28,424 nucleotides of DNA from contig JBDKRC010000218.1 in assembly GCA_039683575.1 (NCBI GenBank), positions 1 through 28,424 on the forward strand, given 5' to 3'. Shown one piece after another: positions 16,797 to 25,142 of the stretch. The notes beneath the pieces were generated by a model. The model did no database searches, was not told where the DNA came from, and saw nothing but the letters and a program-made list of their open reading frames with translations. This stretch comes from Armatimonadia bacterium (GTDB lineage Bacteria > Armatimonadota > Zipacnadia > Zipacnadales > UBA11051). The stretch's first letter is position 1. Every line of letters starts with the position of its first letter. Made by a program: the position numbers and the translations under genes.

Positions 16797-19031
16797 TCAT
16801 TCGCCCAAACAGCGCGCCAACGACGTCAGGCAGATCACCACGAACACGATCAGCTCTCGCTCGGAGCCTTCGGGCCGGTCCTGCCGCAGATAGGTGTCAA
16901 GCGCAAAGGCCGCGTGACGGGCGCGCTCCGGCGTATTCTCGATTGCCTGCGTGACCTCGGCCAGTTCCCGGGCGCTGGCAGCAAAGCTCGGCAGATCATC
17001 CTCATCCAGCGCGCGGTCGAGGGCCACGCCCAACTCCCGCAGCCGCGTTCGCTGCTCGCGGGTGCCGTACCGCGGCCGCGCCAGCAGTCTCCGTATGCGG
17101 GCCATCATCTTCTCGCGCATCCGCCCCTCGGCCAGCTCGGTGGCGGTCGCCAGCCGGTAGAAGTGGTTCTTCTCCCCCAGCACCCGGCAGATCCCGTTGA
17201 TGACCTGCATGCGGATCACGGGCGCGGTCAACTGCGCCAGGCCTGCGAGCGCCGGCTCCACGAGCCGCAGGTCCTCCACGCGGGCTACGGCCTCCACCAG
17301 CGTCGGGAACAGGTTGCGGTCGTAGTCGGCCCGCAGCACTTCCAGCAGCGCCTCTCGCGCCTCGTCGGTCTGCAACTCCGAGAGCCCCATCGCCGCGCTC
17401 TGCCGCACCCGCACGTCCTCGTCATGCAGCGCCTCAAACAGGTGCTGCTCGGCGGCACCGATCTTCCCGAGTGCCTCCGCCGCCTCCGGCCGAATGTCAG
17501 ACTCTTTGTCTACAAGCTCCTGTACGAGCGGTTCGACCCCCTCGTGGAACCTTCCCTCACCCAGGCCCTTCGCGGCCCCGCTACGGACCTCGTGGCTCAT
17601 GTGATCGAGGCCTTTGACGAGGGCCTCGACCGCCAGTGGCGAGCGCGACTGCCCGAGCCGCCGCATGGCCTCGCCACGGGTCTGGTCCTTGCGCGCCACG
17701 GTCCACAGCGCCCAACCGTACGCCATGTAGGGCAGGTTCCCCCGGAACTGCCCCAGCAGGTGCCGCGGCGAGGAGGCTTCACCCTCGACCAGCAGGGCGC
17801 TAAGCACGGCGGGCACGATATGCGCCGCTGCGGCGATCAGGAACACGACCTGCAGGTTGCTGAACTGCCACGAACCCATAGCCACCGTCTCGGGCAGCCA
17901 GCCTTTGAGGATGCCGCCGATGAGCGGCCCCACCGCCGCTCCCACGGAGGCTGCGGCGGTCCAGGTCCCGAAGTAGACGCTGTTGCTCTCGCCCTTGGGC
18001 AGGATCTTGTAAAGCAGGTTGCTGGCAGAAATCCCCAGTCCCGCGATGCAGAAGCCGTTGATGAGAGAGGCCACCGGCATGACATACATATGCGTGTCGC
18101 GCGTGGCGAACGCCCACATCGCCGGGACCAGCGCGCCGGGGAAGATCAATAGCTGCGCCAGCGGCTTGCTGCCATAGCGCTGGGCCATGCTGCCGACGGC
18201 CAGGTAGCCCGCCATCATCATCGCCAGCGCGATGTTGGTGTAGATCGCGATGGTGCTGTAGGGCAGGTGCAGGCGGTTGATCATATAGACGCCAAAGAAA
18301 GCCCCGGACATGCTGCTGGCGATGGTCCACGTAAGCAGGTAGAGCGTCAGGATCGCGAAGGGGCGGTTGCGCAGTGGCAGCAGCAGGCTCCCGAAAAAGC
18401 TCTTCTGCTCCTCCTCCTGCAGGCGCGGGTACGGGGTAACGAGGAGGATCAGGTATCCCAGGATGCCGCAGATCCAACCGACGAGGAAGACCATCGCAAA
18501 GGAGAAGTAGGTTTTGCCCTGCCAGTCGAGCCAGGTGCTCGCGGCATAGAGGTACACCATCGTGGTGACGCTGACCGCGAACATCCGGCGGCCGATGTAC
18601 CGGCCGCGGACCTCCTCGGGCATCACATTGCTGAGCCACGAATTGAAGGTGGGGCTGATGGTGTGGCCGATGAGGTAAGAGATCGCAAGCAACGCCGCCA
18701 CGGCCACAAACCGGTGCGAGGCGAGCCCCGGTACGAAGACGATAAGGCTGGCAGCGGTGATCTCTACGGTCCCCATGCCGACGAGCAGCAGCCGGTTGCT
18801 CCCCAGCGAGCGTCCCACATAGAACGCAAACAGCTCCCACAGCCCCACGAAGCCCGCCAGCGAGACCAGAAACGCGACCTGGGTCTCACTCAGCCCCATC
18901 ATGCTGAGGGCAAAGCCAGAGAAGATAGCCGCCGCCGGGGTAGCGTTAGGACTGTAGACGGCCCAAAGCCCGCCACACATGGTAAAGTGGCGCAGCGCGT
19001 GGGCCGTCTTTTGGGTCGAAAGCATGCTCAT
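16797..19031 (-). CDS. MFS transporter fused to C-terminal HEAT repeats
   Basis: About 12 hydrophobic segments with WLSNVMPEEVRGRYIGRR and MAQRYGSKP loops, then HEAT repeats (VRSGAAKGLG, IRPEAAEALGKIG, VRQSAAMGLS). Start is ATG 19031 or 19025. Confidence 0.85.
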   Translation of the reverse strand: MSMLSTQKTAHALRHFTMCGGLWAVYSPNATPAAAIFSGFALSMMGLSETQVAFLVSLAGFVGLWELFAFYVGRSLGSNRLLLVGMGTVEITAASLIVFVPGLASHRFVAVAALLAISYLIGHTISPTFNSWLSNVMPEEVRGRYIGRRMFAVSVTTMVYLYAASTWLDWQGKTYFSFAMVFLVGWICGILGYLILLVTPYPRLQEEEQKSFFGSLLLPLRNRPFAILTLYLLTWTIASSMSGAFFGVYMINRLHLPYSTIAIYTNIALAMMMAGYLAVGSMAQRYGSKPLAQLLIFPGALVPAMWAFATRDTHMYVMPVASLINGFCIAGLGISASNLLYKILPKGESNSVYFGTWTAAASVGAAVGPLIGGILKGWLPETVAMGSWQFSNLQVVFLIAAAAHIVPAVLSALLVEGEASSPRHLLGQFRGNLPYMAYGWALWTVARKDQTRGEAMRRLGQSRSPLAVEALVKGLDHMSHEVRSGAAKGLGEGRFHEGVEPLVQELVDKESDIRPEAAEALGKIGAAEQHLFEALHDEDVRVRQSAAMGLSELQTDEAREALLEVLRADYDRNLFPTLVEAVARVEDLRLVEPALAGLAQLTAPVIRMQVINGICRVLGEKNHFYRLATATELAEGRMREKMMARIRRLLARPRYGTREQRTRLRELGVALDRALDEDDLPSFAASARELAEVTQAIENTPERARHAAFALDTYLRQDRPEGSERELIVFVVICLTSLARCLGE

Positions 19032-19070
19032 CTGGGAGACAGTCGCATAGCACCTTGTGGAAGGGCCTCG

Positions 19071-19400
19071 CGGCCCCAACCGGCCGCACTCGGGCCGTTT
19101 GACCCCAACGGGGTCACCGACTATAGCCAGGGGTCAAACCCCTGGTACCCCGCCAGAACCCCCGTCCTGACCCCAACGGGGTCACCCGTCGTTCCCCGTT
19201 CCCTCCGCAGGCCCGAAGGGCCGACCGGCCTCTAGCCCGGGGCGCAAGCCCCGGGTCACCCGCCCCTAATCACCTTGAGCCCCGAAGGGGCGGCAGAAAC
19301 CGCTGGCGCCCCTTCGGGGCTCAAATCATGTCATGCTCGCACTGGGGCCTTCCGGCCCCAACCGGCCGCACTCGGGCCGTTTGACCCCAACGGGGTCACC
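19071..19400. repeat. Composite palindromic repeat element bounded by exact 48-bp direct repeats
   Basis: CGGCCCCAACCGGCCGCACTCGGGCCGTTTGACCCCAACGGGGTCACC at 19071-118 and 19353-400. TGACCCCAACGGGGTCA x3. GCCC(C)GAAGGG(G)C x2 plus an inverted GCCCCTTCGGGGC. Two TAGCC-led hairpins. Confidence 0.85.
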
Positions 19401-19414
19401 CGCCGTTCCCGCCG

Positions 19415-21910
19415 TTACTGCAGCCGGTGCAAACTCACATCATCCCAATACACTTTGCCGTCCTTGAAGCTGTCCACGATCGGAACCACGCGCAGGCTCC
19501 CTACCGTCTTCTCACCGATCTTCTCCGCGATATCTCCGCCCACCACCAGCAGCTTCCACTGGCCCGGCGTCGGGATGATCTTGGCGCTGAAGCCCTGTAG
19601 ATTCTGCCCCTTGTCATCCAGCGGCGTCAGCGCCAGCTCGGCGGTGCCCCTGGGCGTGTTCTGGTCCTTGGGCACATACACCCACGCCATCGCGAGATAC
19701 TTCCCGGGGCCGCTGAACTTGATGGTCTGCACCGGCCCGCCCCGGGCCATGCCGTCACACAGCAGGCTGGTCTTGTCCGTGCGCCCAAAATCCTCCGCCC
19801 GCAGCATCTTGCCGCATGGCGGCGAATCCACGCCATCGCCCTTCACCCAGTACGTCCACCCGGTCGAGCCCGCCCCCTTGCCCTCTGCAAACGACGGATT
19901 CGTCGAAAGCAGTTCGGTCGTCCCATCGGCCACCGACAGCATGAACTGCGCCTGCTGGGCCAGCAGCGGGCTGTCGGACTTGGTGTATTCCATGACCTGC
20001 CGCCGCACGGCGTTGTCGCCCTTCATGACCCAGTCCATGACGGCCCACACGCCATTGCCACCCCACGTATCGCCCTTGAGCGCCGGGAAGCGGTCGAGGC
20101 TGAGCGGGTTCACCAGCACCGGGTCCTTGGGGAAGACCTCCATGGCGAGGTACTGCCGCTTGTGGGCCATCGCCATCCCGGTGGCGGAATTGCGCAGTGC
20201 CGCGAGCGCCTGCTCCTCTGTGTCCAGTTGCGAGGGCGCGTTCTCATTGGCCAGATACGCCAGCGCCGACGCCTCATAGTACTGGAAAGCCCGCTCCAGT
20301 AGCTCAGCGCGGGCCTTCTGGTCGGCAGTCGCGCAGTTGGCGATCACGCTGTCGAGCAGCCGGCGGCTCTCCGCGATGTCCTCGGGCTTAACGTCGGCGA
20401 GGTAACCGGGATGGCCGAAGTTGCAGTACTGGCCGCCCGGCACGCTGAACCACTTCGAGTTCAGGATGTCCTTCGTCCAGAAGCGCTCCCAGATGGCGTA
20501 GTACTTGGCGAGAGCGGGAGCGGCCTTGGCACCGACGCAGCGTACGTACCATTCGTTCAGCAGCTTGTCCACGTCCTGGTTCGGGTTCCACCACAGCTTC
20601 ATGAAGATGTACGGCTTGGGTCCCTCGCCCCAGTTGGGGTAGATCTCCGCATAGTGCGCCTTCACGCCCTGCTGCTGGCCATACTTCAGGTACTCGCCGG
20701 ACTTGTGGAACCACACGCGCGGCAGGCAGTACGGCGTGCCATAGATGTAGTCATACCACCCGAGCGTCGGGCTGGCCTTGTGCCACGCCTCGGTCGCCTC
20801 ATGCCCGGCCTTCTCAATCTCCGGGTGGATCCACTTCATGCGGTCGTAGGTCATGTAGGGGATGAGACGCTCGTGGACCTTGACCGCTGTGGGCGGCGCG
20901 GCGACTTCGCTATAGGCCAGACACCCGAACCACTTGTCCGGATACTGCTTGAGCACGCCCTCGATGACCTTGTTGCACCAGTCGTAGTAGATGTCAGAGT
21001 AGTCGTACATCCCCAGGAAGTTCTTGTTCTCTGGTATCCGCGCCAGACACTCCGGGCACCGGCAATGCCCGCTGCTGTCGTTGACGCCGAGGGAAAACGA
21101 CGGCGCCTCGGGGTTGGCCTTGAAGTACTCGCAAATCGTCTGTACGGCCATCTCCACCGTCCCCGGCGCGCTGAAGCACGGCTGCCAGCCATGGTACATG
21201 CCATCGGCGGGCAGGTAACGCGTCTTGCCGTCCTTCATCGGGAAGAACTCGGGGTGGTCGGCCTTGTACTTCTCAGGCTTGAAGATATTCTCGCCGAGGC
21301 TATGGTGGAAGCTGACCTTCCCGTGCATCCGGTTGCAGCGCGCCCACTGGTTCTGCGCCGGTCCGCGCAGCCCACTGAAGAGCCGCGACATGAACACCGG
21401 CTCCTCACGCACGAGCCCTTCAGGGACCTTCAGCGTCTTGTGTGCAGGTACATCGGTCCCATTGTCCCCCGGCAAAAGCCAGCGCACGCCGACGAACCGC
21501 TCGAGGAAGTCATACAGCCCAAACTCGCTGCCCCAGTCCGTCGGGCCGACGATGATGATGTTCTTGCCCCTGGCTGAGATGACAAACCCGTCGTCATCCA
21601 GCCCCTTCGGTGGCAGCTTGGCCGCCTTCGCCAGCGCGGTCGCACCCACGGCGATAGTAACGCCAGGATAAACCTTAGCCTCGCTCTCGCGCACGATGGA
21701 CAACTCAGCGCCTGAGGACTTGCGAACGCAGTCCACGAAGGTGTTTGCAGCGGCCGTCAGCGGATCAGCAGCGGCTTTGGCAGGATCGGCGGGAGCATCC
21801 GGCAACAGCACCCGCGCCTTGGGTGCCCCCTCCAGCACAAGCGTCAGCTCCGCCGCCGTCGCCACGCTAACACTCATCAGCATCACCCAAACCAGCATCA
21901 GCTTGTACAT
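19415..21910 (-). CDS. DUF4838-like secreted protein (GH20/GH67 N-terminal-like domain, TIM-barrel, C-terminal CBM-like domain)
   Basis: AGGAG RBS before ATG ATG ATG and a signal peptide. DDGFVI..GPTDWGSEFGLYDFLERFVGVRWLLPG, HPEFFP, QPCFSAP, SLGVND..GHCRCPEC, LAYS...PP, KLWWNP. NPSFAEG starts a CBM-like tail. Confidence 0.8.
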   Translation of the reverse strand: MYKLMLVWVMLMSVSVATAAELTLVLEGAPKARVLLPDAPADPAKAAADPLTAAANTFVDCVRKSSGAELSIVRESEAKVYPGVTIAVGATALAKAAKLPPKGLDDDGFVISARGKNIIIVGPTDWGSEFGLYDFLERFVGVRWLLPGDNGTDVPAHKTLKVPEGLVREEPVFMSRLFSGLRGPAQNQWARCNRMHGKVSFHHSLGENIFKPEKYKADHPEFFPMKDGKTRYLPADGMYHGWQPCFSAPGTVEMAVQTICEYFKANPEAPSFSLGVNDSSGHCRCPECLARIPENKNFLGMYDYSDIYYDWCNKVIEGVLKQYPDKWFGCLAYSEVAAPPTAVKVHERLIPYMTYDRMKWIHPEIEKAGHEATEAWHKASPTLGWYDYIYGTPYCLPRVWFHKSGEYLKYGQQQGVKAHYAEIYPNWGEGPKPYIFMKLWWNPNQDVDKLLNEWYVRCVGAKAAPALAKYYAIWERFWTKDILNSKWFSVPGGQYCNFGHPGYLADVKPEDIAESRRLLDSVIANCATADQKARAELLERAFQYYEASALAYLANENAPSQLDTEEQALAALRNSATGMAMAHKRQYLAMEVFPKDPVLVNPLSLDRFPALKGDTWGGNGVWAVMDWVMKGDNAVRRQVMEYTKSDSPLLAQQAQFMLSVADGTTELLSTNPSFAEGKGAGSTGWTYWVKGDGVDSPPCGKMLRAEDFGRTDKTSLLCDGMARGGPVQTIKFSGPGKYLAMAWVYVPKDQNTPRGTAELALTPLDDKGQNLQGFSAKIIPTPGQWKLLVVGGDIAEKIGEKTVGSLRVVPIVDSFKDGKVYWDDVSLHRLQ

Positions 21911-22035
21911 CATCATCTCCTGGGTTTGCGGTGCCTTATATGCCTTTGCCGAGCCGTAGGTACGCGAAGCGATGCCTTCATCGCAGGGCATCCTGCCCGC
22001 CTCTCGCCGTCGATAGGAGCGCCTTTGCCGTTGCC

Positions 22036-22077
22036 TTTCACGTTTCACGTTTCACGTTTCACGTTTCACGTTTCACG
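22036..22077. repeat. Perfect heptamer tandem repeat (TTTCACG)x6
   Basis: Six exact copies just downstream of the pfkB stop. A REP-like GGGCATCCTGCCC lies nearby at 21986-98. Confidence 0.95.
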
Positions 22078-22088
22078 CCTCTCCGCCC

Positions 22089-23015
22089 TCACAGCCCCGC
22101 CGGAAGCTCCTGGAACTCCACCATGCTCTTCAGCGCGAAATACCGGTCGTAGATATCCTGCGTGCTCGTCCCCGCCAGCCTCTCCAGCCCGAAGCTCTCC
22201 ACACAACGGCTCGCCATCACGGTACCGATCGCCATCGCCTGCCGCAGGTCCGGGTCCTCGCACTTATCCGCCCACGCCAGATAACCGATGAACCCGCCCG
22301 CAAACGAATCCCCTGCCCCCGTCGGGTCCAGGACCTCCTGCAGCGGGTAGCACGGCAAGGTAAAGCTCCCCTCCTCACTCACCAGCGTCGCCCCGTACTC
22401 CCCCTTCTTGATGACCACATACCGCGGACCCATCGCCAGGATCTCCTGCGCCGCCTTGGCCAAGTTCGGCGTCCCGGTCAGTTGCCGGATCTCTCCATCA
22501 TTGAGGAGCATCAGGTCCACCCGCTGCATCACCTTGAGCAGGTCCTCACGCGCGTTCTCGATCCAGAAATTCATCGTATCTGCCATCACAAAGCAGCCGG
22601 CATCCACCTGGTCCAGCACCGAAAGCTGCACTGACGGCAGGATGTTCGCCAGGAACACATACCGCGCCGACTGATATGCCTCCGGCACCACAGGCGCGAA
22701 GTCCCCGAACACGCCAAGCTGCGTATCCAGCGTCTCCGCCGAGTTCATGTCGTACTCATACTTCCCCGCCCAGCGGAACGTCTTCCCTCCCGGCACCGTC
22801 TTCACCCCGCCGCAGTCCACGCCGCGTTCGCACAGGAACTTCAGCGACTCCTCCGGGTAATCGTCCCCCACAACCCCTACCAGCCCGATGCTGCTGAAAA
22901 AGCTCGCCGCCGTCGAGGCATAGACCCCCGCCCCGCCGATACAGTCCTCCACCTTCCCAAACGGCGTCTCAATGCTATCCAGCGCCAGCGAACCAACAAT
23001 CACGATATCTGCCAT
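22089..23015 (-). CDS. PfkB/ribokinase family sugar or nucleoside kinase
   Basis: IVIVGSLALDSIETPFG, GG.G, LVGVVGDD, VVIKKGEYG, DPTGAGDSFAGG (PfkB signature). GAGG RBS. Confidence 0.93.
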   Translation of the reverse strand: MADIVIVGSLALDSIETPFGKVEDCIGGAGVYASTAASFFSSIGLVGVVGDDYPEESLKFLCERGVDCGGVKTVPGGKTFRWAGKYEYDMNSAETLDTQLGVFGDFAPVVPEAYQSARYVFLANILPSVQLSVLDQVDAGCFVMADTMNFWIENAREDLLKVMQRVDLMLLNDGEIRQLTGTPNLAKAAQEILAMGPRYVVIKKGEYGATLVSEEGSFTLPCYPLQEVLDPTGAGDSFAGGFIGYLAWADKCEDPDLRQAMAIGTVMASRCVESFGLERLAGTSTQDIYDRYFALKSMVEFQELPAGL

Positions 23016-23059
23016 TTCAGAACCTCTTCACCAAATAGTCTCAGCCTCACCATCCCGGC

Positions 23060-23163
23060 TGCCTGTAGGAGCGGTCACCAGACCGCGATTTTGCATCGTT
23101 GCCCCCCGTTGCCCCCAGGTCTGGTCGTAGACGTTCGCGGTCTGATGACCGCTCCTACAGGCA
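23060..23163. repeat. REPIN: inverted pair of GTAG-REPs
   Basis: TGCCTGTAGGAGCGGTCACCAGACCGCGA (23060-88) and its inverted copy (23135-63) with one mismatch; 46-bp spacer. Confidence 0.9.
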
Positions 23164-23221
23164 ACGTGAGCGATGTTGCCCGCTTCTACCATTCAACGAT
23201 CAACCATCAACGCCGTTGCCC

Positions 23222-24982
23222 CTACTCCTCCGGCCCCGCCAGCAACTGCCCAAACGTCATCACCACAATCCTCGGCAGAGCCACCAGCCGCGGCAGCCGG
23301 CTTGGCTCCTTCGATACCCGGTACAGCCACTCCAGCCCGGTGCGCTGCATCCACTTCGGCGCGCGCTTCTTCAGCCCCGAGATCACGTCAAAGCTCCCGC
23401 CGATGCCGATGCACACCGGCACGCCAAGCTCCGCCATGTGCGCCTTGATCCACTTCTCCTGCCGCGGGATGCCCAGCGCCACGAACAGCGCCGCCGGATG
23501 CTTCGCCTTGATCTCCGCGATGATCCCCGGCTCGTCTTCCGGCCCAAAGTACCCATCCCGGCAGCCCGCGATCTCCAGCCCCGGCGCCATCTTGCGCAGG
23601 TTCTCCGCCGCCGCCTCCGCCACTCCCGGCGACGCCCCAAACAGATACACCGACCGCCCCAGCTTCGCCGCGACCTTGCTGATCTCGCCCACCATGTCAC
23701 AACCCGATACCCGCACGTCCAGCGGCATGTTCAGCAGCCGCGCTGACAGAATGACCCCCGCCCCATCCGCCGTCACCAGGTCCGCCTCATTGACTATCGC
23801 CTTCAGCTCCGCATCGTCTTGCGCGCGCATCAGCCCCGTCGCGTCGCTGGTGACAACCATGTGCGGCGTATCCTCGCGGATGAACCCCTCCACCCGCCGC
23901 ATGGCCTCTTCCATCGTCACGCGGTCCACGCGCACGCCCAGCAGATGGATCTCATCGGGAAGCTTGGGCGGATGCACGGGCTTCATCATTCGCAGCATCA
24001 CATACAGCACGACCATCGCCCCCATGATCACGAGCAGGGCGATCAGGAGCTTGAGCACGAAGGTCAGTTCGATGAGCGCCACCAGCAGGAGCGCGAGCGC
24101 GCACAGCACCGCCGTGCCCAGCAGCAGAATCGCGGCCACCTGCGACTCGCTGTACCCCTGCCGGGTGAGAATCTCATGCAGGTGGGGGTGACGACCGCCC
24201 CAGAACTCCCGGCGGCGACCCTTCACCAGGTCTGCCAGCCACGCGTACAGCGCGGCAAATAGCGGCACCCCGATGATCATTAGGGGCAGCAGCGCCACCA
24301 GCAGCGCCGTATGCTTGAGCGCACCCATGATCGAGGCGGCGGCGATGAGGAAGCCGAGCAGGTACGACCCGGCGGTGGCCGCACCATAGGTGAGATACCG
24401 CGGCTGCAAGAACATCCCCAGGCATGCGCCGGTGAGCGCCAGCGTGAAGATCCGCGCGGTCTCCCCGGTGACCTCGGGCTCAAGCAGACACACGCCGTAG
24501 AGCGTGGCCGAGGCCAGCGTGGCCACACCCAGCGAGATGCGGGGGATGGTTCCGATCCGGGCAAACAGCGCCCCGGAGAGCGCCAGCCACAGCATCGTCA
24601 GCACCGGGCCCAGCCACAGCAGGTCCACGTACGTGGGACTGAAGGGGACCTTGAGGCTCGTTATGCACAGCTCGTGGACGCACAGATACAACGCCGCGAT
24701 GATCGCTGCCGCGAAACGCAGGCCCCGGGCCGGGCGCCACAGGTCCGTGATCGCCGCCACAAAGAACACCGCCAGCGCCGCGCCCAGCAGATGCTGCAGT
24801 TGCGGGTGAGCCGGCAGGACCTGCCATAGAGCCGCCGTGAGCGCGGCCAGTGTGATCAGGCCGATGAAGTCCGCGGCAGCATACGGCCCGCCGGGACGGG
24901 ACAGACGCCAGCGCTCCCAGCGGTTGATGGCCAGAGTGAGAATGAGGCTAACGGCAAGCGCGGTTACAAAGACGCTTATCAT
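23222..24982 (-). CDS. Fusion of a degenerate MraY/WecA-like membrane domain with a WecG/TagA/CpsF (GT26) glycosyltransferase
   Basis: C-terminus: ADLVTADGAGV, RVSGCD, GYF, FVALGIPRQEKWI, GIGGSFD, RAPKWMQRTGLEWLYR...EP.R. The N-terminal polytopic domain has the WecA-like layout (GSYLLGF, VPLF, HLH, GYS). Confidence 0.85.
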   Translation of the reverse strand: MISVFVTALAVSLILTLAINRWERWRLSRPGGPYAAADFIGLITLAALTAALWQVLPAHPQLQHLLGAALAVFFVAAITDLWRPARGLRFAAAIIAALYLCVHELCITSLKVPFSPTYVDLLWLGPVLTMLWLALSGALFARIGTIPRISLGVATLASATLYGVCLLEPEVTGETARIFTLALTGACLGMFLQPRYLTYGAATAGSYLLGFLIAAASIMGALKHTALLVALLPLMIIGVPLFAALYAWLADLVKGRRREFWGGRHPHLHEILTRQGYSESQVAAILLLGTAVLCALALLLVALIELTFVLKLLIALLVIMGAMVVLYVMLRMMKPVHPPKLPDEIHLLGVRVDRVTMEEAMRRVEGFIREDTPHMVVTSDATGLMRAQDDAELKAIVNEADLVTADGAGVILSARLLNMPLDVRVSGCDMVGEISKVAAKLGRSVYLFGASPGVAEAAAENLRKMAPGLEIAGCRDGYFGPEDEPGIIAEIKAKHPAALFVALGIPRQEKWIKAHMAELGVPVCIGIGGSFDVISGLKKRAPKWMQRTGLEWLYRVSKEPSRLPRLVALPRIVVMTFGQLLAGPEE

Positions 24983-25090
24983 TGATGGAAAAATGACCTT
25001 TCGCTCTCGCAGAAGCTGGACGTATTCAGTTCGACCACCCCAGTGGCAAATCCTGCCGCTGGCGCTGCTGTGGGCCCTGCAGAGAAAGCG

Positions 25091-25119
25091 GAAGCGGCGG
25101 AGACTTTCTCCGCCGCTTC
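25091..25119 (-). terminator. Probable intrinsic terminator after the NHL gene
   Basis: Perfect 13-bp stem GAAGCGGCGGAGA/TCTCCGCCGCTTC, followed on the minus strand by CGCTTTCTCT. Confidence 0.6.
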
Positions 25120-25142
25120 GAGTTGACTGTTAGCGGCTCTGT

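Noticed and set aside
21911-22048. N-terminal extension of the DUF4838-like ORF
   Set aside because: It starts within the heptamer repeat. The AGGAG RBS and signal peptide point to ATG 21910.
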